A DNA stretch of 62,884 bases, filler included, from Octopus bimaculoides (GCF_001194135.2; 7 parts of 7 records of this genome joined end to end with filler, not necessarily neighbours in it), one strand, 5' to 3'. Shown: positions 44,281-58,413, counted from the whole stretch's first letter. Translations and numbers: made by a program. The notes: generated from the sequence alone by a model not told the origin.

Positions 44281-44452
44281 AGGCGCAGGAGTGGCTGTGT
44301 GGTAAGTAGCTTGCTTACCAACCACATGGTTCCGGGTTCAGTCCCACTGCGTGGCACCTTGGGCAAGTGCCTTCTACTATAGCCTCGGGCCGACCAAAGC
44401 CTTGTGAATGGATTTGGTAGACGGAAACTGAAAGAAGCCTGTCGTATATATG

Positions 44453-44483
<31 letters not shown>

Positions 44484-44700
44484 GTGTGTATATGTTTGTG
44501 TGTCTGTGTTCGTCTCCCCAACATCGCTTGACAACCGATGCTGGTGTGTTTACATCCCTGTAACTTAGCGGTTCGGCAAAAGAGACCGATAGAATAAGTA
44601 CTAGGCTTACAAAGAATAAGTCCTGGGGTCAATTTGCTCGACTAAAGGTGGTGCTCCAGCATGGCCGCAGTCAAATGACTGAAACAAGTAAAAGAGTAAG
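44281..44700 (+). mobile_element. Full-length SINE family A
   Basis: Complete head, internal (TA)n/(TG)n tract and AAAGAGT-type tail. Confidence 0.92.
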
Positions 44701-45884
44701 AGTATATATAAATGTAAAAACTTACTCTCGACAAAGGCTGTGTGGTGTTGTGTATTTACGTTTTTTTCACTCATTGGTGATGTCCTGTACTTAATGCGTA
44801 TTTTTTGATTTTCATTTTATAATTGAATGCCATACAGCCTTTCCACATCTACAAATTCCATAGCTCCTTCAATTTGGAGAACTTCCATGGGGCCCTCACA
44901 AGATGGCTGGAATGCTACAAGTGCATTGAAGTCAGAGAATGTTACCTTTGAAGGAGATTAGGTTTTGTATTTCTTTGAAATTAATAGATGTTTCTTCTAA
45001 AAAATTCTAAAACAAAAGTTCTGGAATGCACCATGTAACTTCTCTCTAGAAAGATGCTTGTTCCAGCTCATTCTTTCATACATGTAACTGCCTCCTTTTC
45101 TATTTAGCCCCACTCAGTCAAAGCAGATATTTGTCTTATGGGCAACATGGTAACCTCACTAGTGCTGGTGCCATGCAAAATGCACCCAATATTCACTGTA
45201 AAGTGGTTAGTGTTAGGAAGGGCATCCAGTTATAGAAACCACGCCCAGGCAGACACTGGAACTTAACACAGTTCTCTGGCTCATCAAATCCAGTCAAAAT
45301 GTTCAATTCATGTCAGCATGGAAAATGAACATTAAATGATGACAATGATGGCATAAGCAATAATAAATCTCTGGTCGAGATATAAACAGTAGCAGCACGA
45401 CATCGTGATGTATATTTGCCGCCTAAAAGTGGCTGACCCATTAGGGACGATGCTACTGTAGCTTATAGCCCCAAGAAGACATATCCTCCGGCTGGCTATT
45501 GACACACTGTCTGTATCCTATCAGCATTTGCAAAGGGAAATCATCATTCCCATCTCCAGCCTGACCTGATACACACGGACCTGAGTTTCTGGGTATTGAC
45601 CCATCATCAGCATGTGATGACCACCAGTTGGCAATGCAAAGTGGTTCTCAATGCAAATATATATATACTTTCTCCAGTGACGAAAAGTCACTGATTTCGA
45701 AAAAGGAGAAACAGGCGATAATAAATCTCTGAGCGAGATATAAGCAGTAGCAGCACACAGTAGCATCGTCCCTTAATGGGTCAGCCACTTTTAGGTCGAA
45801 AATATGCATCACAATGATGGTATGCATATACGTGTATACATGTGTATGTATGTATACATGTGTGTGTATGTATGTATGTAAGTC

Positions 45885-46148
45885 GTATAAAGGATTGTGG
45901 GTAAGGCTAGAACAATGCAAGGCAAATCACCAGAAAACAAATATATGAATTAATGTAGACTTACATTGCATTCACACAAGCTCACACACAAGCACATCAG
46001 CAACATTCATTAATTTCTTGAAAATGGGATCATAACCCCCGAAATATTGAATGCAAGGTAAGTCTGTATTAATTTATATATTTGTTTTCTTGTGATTTGC
46101 CTTGCATTTACTTCGCATTGTTCTGGCCTTACCCATGATCCTTTATAC
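45885..46148. mobile_element. MITE-like inverted repeat with about 90-bp arms
   Basis: GTATAAAGGATTGTGGGTAAGGCTAGAACAATGC...GACTTACATTGCATTC is the imperfect reverse complement of 46050-46148. Confidence 0.75.
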
Positions 46149-46659
46149 AATATATTCTACACAATGCTTCGTAGTAACTATTCCCTTATAATATATTCAT
46201 ATANNNNNNNNNNNNNNNNNNNNNNNNNNNNNNNNNNNNNNNNNNNNNNNNNNNNNNNNNNNNNNNNNNNNNNNNNNNNNNNNNNNNNNNNNNNNNNNNN
46301 NNNNNNNNNNNNNNNNNNNNNNNNNNNNNNNNNNNNNNNNNNNNNNNNNNNNNNNNNNNNNNNNNNNNNNNNNNNNNNNNNNNNNNNNNNNNNNNNNNNN
46401 NNNNNNNNNNNNNNNNNNNNNNNNNNNNNNNNNNNNNNNNNNNNNNNNNNNNNNNNNNNNNNNNNNNNNNNNNNNNNNNNNNNNNNNNNNNNNNNNNNNN
46501 NNNNNNNNNNNNNNNNNNNNNNNNNNNNNNNNNNNNNNNNNNNNNNNNNNNNNNNNNNNNNNNNNNNNNNNNNNNNNNNNNNNNNNNNNNNNNNNNNNNN
46601 NNNNNNNNNNNNNNNNNNNNNNNNNNNNNNNNNNNNNNNNNNNNNNNNNNNNNNNNNNN

Positions 46660-46703
<44 letters not shown>

Positions 46704-46720
46704 TATATATACACTTGCAC

Positions 46721-46751
<31 letters not shown>

Positions 46752-46929
46752 AGTAAGCACATAAATACAAAACAAGGTGGAGAAAAATAATACTCGAATA
46801 TTGGAGGTAGATTAATATACTTCTTTATTAAAGCTGTAAAAGCATTGCAAAACAACTGCTGCTCAGAGTTTCAAGCTCCTATTCATCAGGCAGTTGTGAT
46901 ATACGCATGTGTGTGTGTAAGTATATATA

Positions 46930-47036
46930 TCATCATCATCATCATCATCGTTTAACGTCCGCTTTCCATGCTAGCATGGGTTGGACGATTTGACTGAGGA
47001 CTGGTGAAACTGGATGGCAACACCAGGCTCCAGTCT
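46930..47036 (-). mobile_element. Family C retroposon 3' end with (GAT)n tail
   Basis: Reverse complement of the CCAACCCATGCTAGCATGGAAAGCGGACGTTAAACGATGATG tail seen at 48340-48385. Confidence 0.8.
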
Positions 47037-48196
47037 GATATATATATATATATATATTAGTTTATGTATATATTAATATTATCTCAGTTATTAAAAAACC
47101 TTTGATAATGTAAATATGTTAATAGTTATGTTCTAACAGTCACTGACCATGTAACATCTTTGCTTGTAAGTTACCTCATCATTTCGTTTTTGTCTTGCTA
47201 TTATATGTTTATTATGAACTCCCTGAAGAGAAATATATGAGGAATCTCAGCAGTTCTTACTTCTTTGTGAAGGAGCTCTCATATATTTTGAAACATGTGT
47301 AGGAATTAAAGGAACTTTTATTTATATGCGTTTTGCTCCATTTATTATTATTATTCATATATATATATATATNNNNNNNNNNTGTACATGTATGTACATA
47401 CCTTCATCTACATGTACATATAGATACATATCTGGGTACATGACATTGCAAAAACACATAGACAAAATGATAAACAAGGTACAAAAAACACGCAGGCCAC
47501 ATAGAGAACATATCCTTCATCAGCTGCCACCATTAAAACACTGGTGTTTCAAAGAGTTAGGGCAGGACGCATCGTTAAAATGGCTCTTCCCACGAACACA
47601 AATTAAATTTGTTCCATGGAGGATAGTGGCGGACAGAAAACAAGACAGGAAAACGAAACGGTGAAATAAACAAACAAAAAGGCTGTACAGCCAGACGTGG
47701 AGAAGTATGTGTGTATTGAACACTGTGAAGCACAAACTGGAGAGGCGAAGAAGTGTGTGCGAATCTTAGGTGGTCAGAAACTTAAAAGAAATGGCAACCG
47801 GACACATGTGATCAGCGAGGGGTAGGGAGAAAGAGTAGCAGAGGGAGAAGAAGGGGAGGAAGTAGAATATAAGTGAGCAACGAGAGGTAGAAAGAGAGAG
47901 AGATAGTAGTGACAGGGAGAGGCGAAGAACAGTAGAGGGAAGAATGAGAGGGGGAGATAGATACAAAGATAGAGAGAGTCGCGTCAGAAAAATAATGTTC
48001 AAAACTTACTTGTAAAGGTAACGCGTGCGTTCGATCGTGTGATACAAACAATATAGAGAGAGAGAGAGAAAGAAAGAGAGTGAGATAGATAGATCAATAG
48101 ATAACTAAAAATATATATAGATAAATACATATATATATATATACATAAATATATTTAGATTATATATATAAATATATATGTGTATATATATATATT

Positions 48197-48385
48197 TGCC
48201 AGTACCGTTGGACTGGTGCTCGTGCTGGTGGCACGTAAAAAGCACCCACTACACTCTCGGAGTGGTTGGCGTTAGGAAGGGCATCCAGCTGCAGAAACTC
48301 TGCCAGATCAGATTGCAGTCTGGTTCGCCAGTCCCCAGTCAAATCGTCCAACCCATGCTAGCATCGAAAGCGGACGTTAAATGAT
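48197..48385 (+). mobile_element. Family C retroposon (SINE or LINE 3' UTR) copy
   Basis: TGGCACGTAAAAAGCACCC...GGCGTTAGGAAGGGCATCCAGC...CCAACCCATGCTAGCA. Homologous to 50357-50612 and 45140-45350. Confidence 0.8.
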
Positions 48386-48902
48386 GATATATATATATAT
48401 ATATATATATGTGTGTATGTATGTATATCCAAAACTATGATCACGACGACCATTATAGCTGCTAGAAACCCCTCCACAATGACGACCACCACTACACAAC
48501 TGCATCCGCTAACACCACAAACTCCGCAATCACTATTACCATCATCGGCAGAACCGGTAGCAAATACAACAACAACAACACAAACACGACCACAAACAAT
48601 AGCAAAACTCTCACCACCACCACCACCACCTCTGCAACCGCAAGATGAAAAAGCACTACCAGTACCACTACTACCACCACAGCCACGACCATCACCCCTG
48701 TACACAACCGAGCAAACATATATATTGTGCTCAATCTGCCGTTTCTTCTCTCCATTAGATTTTATTCCCTTTTCTTCAAGAGAGTTGATAGCAGTTTTCG
48801 AAAATATAATCGGATTACTTTCAGAGCGATCTGTTTTGTTTTCTCATTTAACAATTCCACTCTGGCTTTGAATACACAGACAGATGTACATACATACATA
48901 CA

Positions 48903-48943
<41 letters not shown>

Positions 48944-49103
48944 TCAGCATCATCAACATTATATGTGTGTGTATGTGTGTGTGTATATATATATGTATGT
49001 ATGTATATATAAATGTATATATATATATGTACATATATACTTATGTATATATATATATATATGTATATGTACATAAATATATATTTATATACATATATAT
49101 GTG

Positions 49104-49141
<38 letters not shown>

Positions 49142-49176
49142 TATATTAAAAGAAAAAATATATATACATATCTATG

Positions 49177-49247
<71 letters not shown>

Positions 49248-49504
49248 GTATGTATGTACATTTACATATATATGCATAGATATATATATATAAGTATACA
49301 TGTGCATGCAATGTCTCTGTGTTGCTCACCACAGCGAATGTATGTGTTTGAGCGTACTGAAATGCACCCATGCACATACACCTGCAACTGCAACCGTAGG
49401 CACTGCACTTGCAGTACACGCACTCTTATTAATACATACATACATTTATATATGTATTATGTGTATGCATATCATATACACATATATACCCACACACACA
49501 CATT

Positions 49505-49540
<36 letters not shown>

Positions 49541-49656
49541 TATACACATATATATATATAGACAGACTGATAACTAGATAGAGATATACATTAATTGGTT
49601 ATAGAAGTGTGTGTGAATGCATAGATACACAAATATATATGCAACCTAGAGAGTAG

Positions 49657-49721
<65 letters not shown>

Positions 49722-49784
49722 TATGTACATCTTTAAATATACATCTACATATACATACATGAAGTAATAGATATATCCACATAT

Positions 49785-49823
<39 letters not shown>

Positions 49824-50191
49824 CACACACACACACACACGCATACATGCACTCATATAAAACTATGTTTCCAAACATTGAGTTCTTGTGTAAATGCAGA
49901 TGTTTTCAATCGTATGATTGAGTTTATACACGCCCGGTGTATAGAAACATGTGTATATATATGCATATATGTAAATACATATACATATTCTGATGCATGT
50001 ATACTTAACCTGTGTATGTATGTATTTATACACATATTGTAGTAGTAGTAGTAGTAGGGGTAGTAGATGTGTGTGTGTGCCTGTAAGGGTGTATAAATCC
50101 CACCATTTTCCGGAATCCTAAAATGCTGCCTGTGAATTGAAACATTTCCTGCCATTTGCATTTATTTATTCTTCCTACCATTATTATTGTT

Positions 50192-50223
<32 letters not shown>

Positions 50224-50356
50224 TAGTATTAGTATTATTATTGCTATTACTATTGTTGTTGTTAGGGTGTGTGAGATGGCAGAACATTCTGAATTCAAAC
50301 TCCGCCGAGATTGACTCTGCCCCTTCATCCTTCATTCAGGGTCGATAAGACAAGTA

Positions 50357-50612
50357 CCAGTGGCACGTAAAAAGCACCATTCAAGCATGGTCGATGCCAG
50401 TGCCACCCTGACTGGCCCTCATTCTGGTGGCACGTAAAAAAATGCATCCACTACACTCCCAGAGTGGTTGGCGTTAGGAAGAGCATCCAGCTGTAGAGAA
50501 ACCTTGCCAGATCAGATTGGAGCCTGGTACAGCATCCCGGCTTGCCAGTCCTCCAGTCAAACCATCCAACCCATGCCAGCATGGAAAGCGAATGTTAAAC
50601 AACGATGATGAT
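50357..50612 (+). mobile_element. Family C retroposon copy, fused behind a family B fragment (50265-50356)
   Basis: Same motifs as 48197-48385, ending in GATGATGATG. Confidence 0.8.
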
Positions 50613-50691
50613 GTAAGCCCCCACATCTGTCTTTGTATTGTCCCCCTCGTCTTTCACCCTTGTGGCAAATAAATGAAATCATTATTCATTA

Positions 50692-50905
50692 AGGCAGAGA
50701 GATGGTAGAATCGTTAGTACATCAGGCAAAATGCTTAATGATATTTCGTCTGCTGCTATGTTCTGAGTTCAAATTCCACCAAGATCAACTTTGACCTTCA
50801 TCCTTTCGGTGTCAATAAGTTAAGTACCAGTCAAGTATTGGGGTCAATGTGATCAACAGACCCCCTCTCCACAAATTTCAGGCCTTGTGCCTAAGGTAGA
50901 GAAGA
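50692..50905 (+). mobile_element. SINE family B
   Basis: Homologous to 31745-31950. Confidence 0.8.
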
Positions 50906-50959
50906 TTACCATTATTAAGGCTGCAAATTGCCAGAAACGTTGACACACTGGACAAATAC

Positions 50960-51210
50960 TTACTCTCTTTTACTCTCTTTTACTTGTTTCAGTCATTTGA
51001 CTGTGGCCATGCTGGAGCACCGCCTTTAGTCTAGCAAATCGACCCCAGGACTTATTCTTTGTAAGCCTAGTACTTATTCTATCGGTCTCTTTTTGCCGAA
51101 CCGCTAAGTTACGGGGACGTAAACACACCAGCATCGGTTGTCAAGCGATGGTGGGGGGGACAAACACAGACACACAAACATACACACACACACATACATA
51201 TATATATCAT
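50960..51210 (-). mobile_element. SINE family A, 3' half
   Basis: Reverse complement of 44500-44700. Confidence 0.9.
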
Positions 51211-52904
51211 CATCATCATCATCATCNNNNNNNNNNNNNNNNNNNNNNNNNNNNNNNNNNNNNNNNNNNNTTAATTAATTAANNNNNNNNNNNNNNNNNN
51301 NNNNNNNNNNNNNNNNNNNNNNNNNNGGTGCGCGCGCGTGTGTGTGTTTCTGTGTGGTGTGTGGTGTGTGTATGCGTTTATGTATGTGTGTGTGTGTGTG
51401 TGTGTGTATGTGTGTGTGTGTTTGTAAATAATTACTGACATAACAATTACTGGTACATGTGTACATTTATGTTTGAATAGATGTGTACAACTCACGTATG
51501 GATCTACGTATGTGCATGCGTGTGTGTGTGGGGGGGGGGGTCTGCCTTACAATACACACATCAGCGAGTACGTATAAAACGATTGCGTGATTAAGAAAAG
51601 CGGTAAACGGCAATACATGAAACGTAAAGAAACGAGAGATGGAGTAGAACGAAAGGCAGAGTGGCAGGAGTGGCAGGAGGGGGAAAAGGAGGAGTAGACG
51701 AAGTTCGTAGATAGATAGGCATGATGGTAAAAAAGCAAGGTAAAGAGCTAGAAAGTGTGAGTGAAATAGAGAGAGAGGGGGAAAGAGGAAAACAAAGACA
51801 GTGAGAGTAGGGGGGGAAAAGAAAGAGATGATGCAGGGAAAGAGAGAGGATATATAAAAAAAATGTGGGGTTTGCTGTTTTGAAGTTTCCATCAGAATTA
51901 ATTTAATTTCAATATAAACGAAGTGTTGTTACGTTGATAACTTCACTTAAATTGTCTCAACTACGTCATCTATGAAAGATAGAGGCAGAAAAAAAAAGAA
52001 GACATCTATTACATTCTCTTTCTCCCTCTCCATATTTCTCTCACTCACTTTATCACTCTCTCTCTCGGTTTTGTTGCATTGCTTTCTTTCTCTCTATCTA
52101 TCTCTTTTTATTTCGCTCTACTTTTATTTACGTTTCGTCACGTTCCTCTCCCGGTCTCTGTCGTTCTGTTTCACTTTCTGCCTTTCTCTCTTCTTCTCTT
52201 ACTCTATTTGTCTTTGTTTCTCTCTATATCTCTGCTCTCATCCTATGCTTTATTACTAATTTCAATTCTATGTATGTATGTATGTATGTATGTATGTATG
52301 TATGTATGTGTGTAATTGTATATATATANNNNNNNNNNNNNNNNNNNNNNNNNNNNNNNNNNNNNNNNNNNNNNNNNNNNNNNNNNNNNNNNNNNNNNNN
52401 NNNNNNNNNNNNNNNNNNNNNNNNNNNNNNNNNNNNNNNNNNNNNNNNNNNNNNNNNNNNNNNNNNNNNNNNNNNNNNNNNNNNNNNNNNNNNNNNNNNN
52501 NNNNNNNNNNNNNNNNNNNNNNNNNNNNNNNNNNNNNNNNNNNNNNNNNNNNNNNNNNNNNNNNNNNNNNNNNNNNNNNNNNNNNNNNNNNNNNNNNNNN
52601 NNNNNNNNNNNNNNNNNNNNNNNNNNNNNNNNNNNNNNNNNNNNNNNNNNNNNNNNNNNNNNNNNNNNNNNNNNNNNNNNNNNNNNNNNNNNNNNNNNNN
52701 NNNNNNNNNNNNNNNNNNNNNNNNNNATATATATATATATATAAACATATAATGGATCATCCCATAAATAATGGGTTTTTTTTTATTCTTCTTTTATTTT
52801 TCAAAATTAAGATATACAAAGTTCTTTTTTAATCTAAAATATACTCTCCTTCATTTTCTACAATGCTCTTCAAATCCATCTGGTAGACTTGTTGTAAATC
52901 ACAG

Positions 52905-53085
52905 GGTTCTATTATACATTTAACAAGGTAGTGCAAGTTTAAAAGGCTAGCTCTTCACATTATGATTTTGAAGATTACTTTTTGTATGTGTATATTGAGT
53001 TGATGAATGGATGTGACCGTGATATCCTATGATCAGAAGAGCTAGCTTTCTAAACCTGCATTACCTTGTAAAATGCACAACAGGA
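52905..53085. repeat. Short inverted repeat with about 45-bp arms (MITE-like)
   Basis: ACAAGGTAGTGCAAGTTTAAAAGGCTAGCTCTTC versus GAAGAGCTAGCTTTCTAAACCTGCATTACCTTGT. Confidence 0.65.
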
Positions 53086-54427
53086 CTATTTAAATTATTA
53101 CATATACACTAATTCAGGTCTCTAGAATAGTTTATCATATCCTAACACGAATTATGTTCGCTGCGAAACTACAGCGATCTCATGGATCTCAACTGTTGAA
53201 ATAAATATATTCATATCATACTTGCTAACATTCTTCATATTCCATATATTCCTAATGAAATAATCATTACTGATTGAATTTACTGGATTTCAACTGTGCA
53301 GGACTCTACATTACACCCCTATGTATTGGTTTGCTATGTCGTATGTAGCCTGGTCCACTAAAAGAGCTTTTTTGAGAGTACCACCGGATTGATTAAATCC
53401 ACACATTGTGCACTAAATACACACACACGCACACACACGCACACATACATATATATATATACAGTTGTTAAAGAGGACAACAAACATTAGAGCAAAGCAA
53501 ACATCTCAAGTCGTATACAATATTATTATTGGAAAGAAATTCAAAGTGTTACAGTTGTTTCTGGGATATCTCCAGGTATGGGATATTCCGTCATCAGCTA
53601 TATAGATATATATAGACACACACACACACATATGTATATGTACATATTTATATTGTTGGAGTTCCATTTAATAGATCGAGATATTTACATGTAAATAGGT
53701 ATGGATGAATGGATGTGTGTATGTGTATATGTATTAATGAATGTACGTGTGTATATGCATGTATGTATTTATGTATACTTGTATGGTTGTATTTATGTAT
53801 GTTTGCATGTCTGCATGTACGTTGGAAATCCAAAAACGTTCCCGGTTTCTGATCAATTGTAGATCAGTTCTTGTCCAGTAACTCTAAACCTATAGACAAC
53901 GACAAACCAGATTTCACCATTCTGTGTTTATTTATATCAAACACTGCATTTTCCAATGTGCCCTTCATAATTTTAACCAGATAAAGTACAAACTGAGATA
54001 GATTTTTTTCTGTTACATCTAGCACATTTTGCGACCGAATACGAACCATTTCGTTGAAGTAGTTATGTTTGTGGGTAGCTAAGACCGCATAGTTGTAAAC
54101 AAATACATTATTACCTAAATTAACAATTGGGGTGGGGGTAGATGTGGAAGACAGTGATGAATGCTGTCAGGCAGGTCGAGGATCAAACGGTAGGTAGGTC
54201 TATAAGCAAACAGCTGGTATTTTAAGTAGGGAGAGAGGTAGGTCGGTGGTTGAATAAAGTGGTTGTAACAATAGTTACAATAGTTAGGTATTTTGAGAGA
54301 CAGAACAGAGCAGGTAATTTGGTCTATGTATGCATGTATGTATGTGATCTTTCTATCTATATATCTCTCTTTATCTGTCTCAGTCTCTCTCTCTCTCTCT
54401 TTGTCTATCTATACATTTCTCTCTCTG

Positions 54428-54458
<31 letters not shown>

Positions 54459-54673
54459 TTCTTTCTCTCTCTCTGTCTCTCTCTCTCTCTTTATATATAT
54501 ATAACATTTGGAAAACTGACAATGTCAATCTGTCCAGTCCAATCTTTAGCTTTTTTATATATTTATATCTAATCACACACACACACACTCACACACACAC
54601 ACACACACACACATACACACACACACACACACACGTGCACGCACGCACATATACCCAATCACACACCTGTATG

Positions 54674-54706
<33 letters not shown>

Positions 54707-54988
54707 NNNNNNNNNNNNNNNNNNNNNNNNNNNNNNNNNNNNNNNNNNNNNNNNNNNNNNNNNNNNNNNNNNNNNNNNNNNNNNNNNNNNNNNNNNNNNN
54801 NNNNNNNNNNNNNNNNNNNNNNNNNNNNNNNNNNNNNNNNNNNNNNNNNNNNNNNNNNNNNNNNNNNNNNNNNNNNNNNNNNNNNNNNNNNNNNNNNNNN
54901 NNNNNNNNNNNNNNNNNNNNNNNNNNNNNNNNNNNNNNNNNNNNNNNNNNNNNNNNNNNNNNNNNNNNNNNNNNNNNNNNNNNNNNNN

Positions 54989-55055
<67 letters not shown>

Positions 55056-55953
55056 CATATACATATATACAATACATGTGCGTGTGTGTGTATCTCTGTG
55101 TCTGTTCTTTGACTACCATTCTATTGCTGTCAGAACACACCACTGACCCAAAGCTGCTCCAGATATAAGCTCTACATCCTCTTCTTGTGCCTTGTGTATC
55201 TTGGAGTACATTGACCACCACTTCATCAATAGAGACCTATGACTACTCCTTGACCCCATGCCATATTTTCTTCGTTAATCGCTAAAATATATTCGACATA
55301 TTTGTTGAGGCCTATTGATTCCGGCATTCTGTAATCATTATTCTCTAATTCGCTAATTCCTTAATTCTTTAATGATAGTGATAAGCGTGATAATAGAGAT
55401 CGTGTTGACGGTGATAGCGTTAAGGTGGTTTTGGTGTTGTTGACGGCTAGTAGAGGTGGTAGTGGTGTTGGTGGTGGTGGTAGTGGTGGCGGTGGTGGTG
55501 GAGGCTGTGTTTCCCAGGTAAAATAAATAAGCCTTAATGTTGACATTGTTTACATATTGATTAAATAAGCGAAAATATATAATTATTATTGTTCAATAAT
55601 AATCCGGCGATTAACTCTACATCCGTTTCAACAGCCATCTTCCTCCTCCTCATTTAAACCCTACCTCCCCCCCACCAATCCTACTCTCGAATATAATGTC
55701 TTGTCAGCATAATGGATAATTATCATTTCATAATTTCTGTTGGATTATGGTTCTTTGTATTCTTTATGTATGTTTTTTTTTATATATTTTTATTACTGGG
55801 TATGCGTGTGCGTGTTTGCCTGTACATACATACTTACATACATATGCGTGTGAATTTGTACATGCGTATCATACACACACAAACACACACTCACACACAC
55901 ACACACACATATATATATACACTCGCGAGCGCGCACACGCACGTATATGTCAG

Positions 55954-56013
<60 letters not shown>

Positions 56014-56123
56014 TGTCTGTGTGTGTGTGTGGGTGTATGTATGTGTCTCTTTGTATAAATATATATATATATTTATATACATACACAAAATGCAAACATG
56101 CATACACAGGCATTTTCACGTAC

Positions 56124-56166
<43 letters not shown>

Positions 56167-56167
56167 G

Positions 56168-56210
<43 letters not shown>

Positions 56211-56851
56211 AATATATCTATATATCAATATATATNNNNNNNNNNNNNNNNNNNNNNNNNNNNNNNNNNNNNNNNNNNNNNNNNNNNNNNNNNNNNNNNN
56301 NNNNNNNNNNNNNNNNNNNNNNNNNNNNNNNNNNNNNNNNNNNNNNNNNNNNNNNNNNNNNNNNNNNNNNNNNNNNNNNNNNNNNNNNNNNNNNNNNNNN
56401 NNNNNNNNNNNNNNNNNNNNNNNNNNNNNNNNNNNNNNNNNNNNNNNNNNNNNNNNNNNNNNNNNNNNNNNNNNNNNNNNNNNNNNNNNNNNNNNNNNNN
56501 NNNNNNNNNNNNNNNNNNNNNNNNNNNNNNNNNNNNNNNNNNNNNNNNNNNNNNNNNNNNNNNNNNNNNNNNNNNNNNNNNNNNNNNNNNNNNNNNNNNN
56601 NNNNNNNNNNNNNNNNNNNNNNNNNNNNNNNNNNNNNNNNNNNNNNNNNNNNNNNNNNNNNNNNNNNNNNNNNNNNNNNNNNNNNNNNNNNNNNNNNNNN
56701 NNNNNNNNNNNNNNNNNNNNNNNNNNNNNNNNNNNNNNNNNNNNNNNNNNNNNNNNNNNNNNNNNNNNNNNNNNNNNNNNNNNNNNNNNNNNNNNNNNNN
56801 NNNNNNNNNNNNNNNNNNNNNNNNNNNNNNNNNNNNNNNNNNNNNNNNNNN

Positions 56852-56885
<34 letters not shown>

Positions 56886-56887
<2 letters not shown>

Positions 56888-57010
56888 GGTGCATGGCTTA
56901 GTGGTTAGGGTGTTGCACTCACGATTGCGAGATAATGAGTTCGATTCCCAAACTGGACGTTGCGCTGTGCTCTTGAGCAAAGCTCTTCATTTTGTGTTGC
57001 TCTGCGATCA
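56886..57010 (+). mobile_element. tRNA-derived SINE head (further family)
   Basis: A-box-like TGGCTTAGTGG and B-box-like GAGTTCGATTCCC, followed by a CTCTTGAGCAA block. There is no complete cloverleaf. Confidence 0.6.
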
Positions 57011-57220
57011 TTTCGTCATATGACATGTGACACACGGTGCACCTGCTTCTTGTCGCTTCTTGTTACTGTTCGAGTTTTCTCTGAACAGTCAGTTGTTTCC
57101 TGGAAAGAAACAAATACAATTATAAATAAAAAGGGTTTGAAAAGGGCATGCAAGCCTTCACAGCTCTAACATTACTACTTCATAGTCAGCAACATGACGC
57201 GAAGAATACATACATACATA

Positions 57221-57321
57221 TGGCACCTTGGGCAAGTGTCTTCTACTATAGCCTTGGGCCGACAAAAGCCTTGTGAGTGGATTTGTTAGACGGAGACTGA
57301 AAGAAGCCTGTCGTATATATG

Positions 57322-57381
<60 letters not shown>

Positions 57382-57547
57382 CTTGTGTGGCTGTGTTTGT
57401 TCCCCCAACATCGCATGACAACCGATGCTGGTGTGTTCACGTCCCCGTAACTTAGCGGTTCGGCATAAGAGACGGATAGAATAAGTACTAGGCTTAGAAA
57501 GAATAAGTCCTGGGGTCGATTTGCTCGATTAAAGGTGGTGCTCCAAC
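57221..57547 (+). mobile_element. SINE family A, 5'- and 3'-truncated
   Basis: Homologous to 44352-44657. Confidence 0.88.
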
Positions 57548-58121
57548 AGAAAGCTCATGACGTGTTTTGCCCGGATTGCTAATCCCTCTCTGTTAGCTAT
57601 ATATATCTTAATATTGATATTCATGTTCTTTTATTTTATTCGGAAAGAAAGAAAAGTTTCTAAAAAGCCAATACATTCAAGCATGACAATCTTCAAATTT
57701 CGTGAGTGCCATAGACGAAACTTTGGGCCCTTGAGTCACTCTATATCTTGTGTGTGTGTGTGTGTGTGCATGTGTCTGTATGTGCGTGCGTGCTTAAAAT
57801 CTGTGTTTCTACCCTACTACCGCTTCACAGCTGGTGTTTACATGATATCACCAGATAGTGCCATGCAGTGTGATCCAATCAGGGACTTCGAAGTTGTGTA
57901 GCTAACTTCTTTAGCCGTTTGGCCAAACTGAATTTACAACGTCAACGTATAAAACTCTACTCACATACATGCAAGCATGCATACATACACACGTACGCAC
58001 GCGCGCGCACACACACACTCACATGCAAAGGCATGCATACATATATAAAGAAGAAGAAGAAGAAGAAGAAAATACATATACATGCATACACACACACACC
58101 AGCATATATATATGTATGCAT

Positions 58122-58204
<83 letters not shown>

Positions 58205-58211
58205 TGTAAAT

Positions 58212-58374
58212 AGGCGCAGGAGCGGCTGCGTGGTGAGTAGCTTGCTTACCAACCACATGCTTCCGAGTTCAATCCCGCTGCGTGGCACCTTGGGCAAGTG
58301 TCTTCTACTATTGCCTCGAGCCAACCAAAGCCTTGTGAGTGGATCTGGTTCACAGAAACTGAGAAAAGCCCGTT

Positions 58375-58413
<39 letters not shown>

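Noticed and set aside
46052-46063. Perfect donor CAAG|GTAAGT
   Set aside because: It lies inside the arm of the 45885-46148 inverted repeat, and no acceptor-bounded open frame precedes it.
52830-55370. Several 25-70 codon open frames on the minus strand (for example HNYFNEMVRIRSQ..., EPCDLQQVYQMDL..., KAQEEDVELISGAAL)
   Set aside because: Lengths are within chance for AT-rich DNA, splice sites are weak or phase-inconsistent as a chain, and I recognise no homology.
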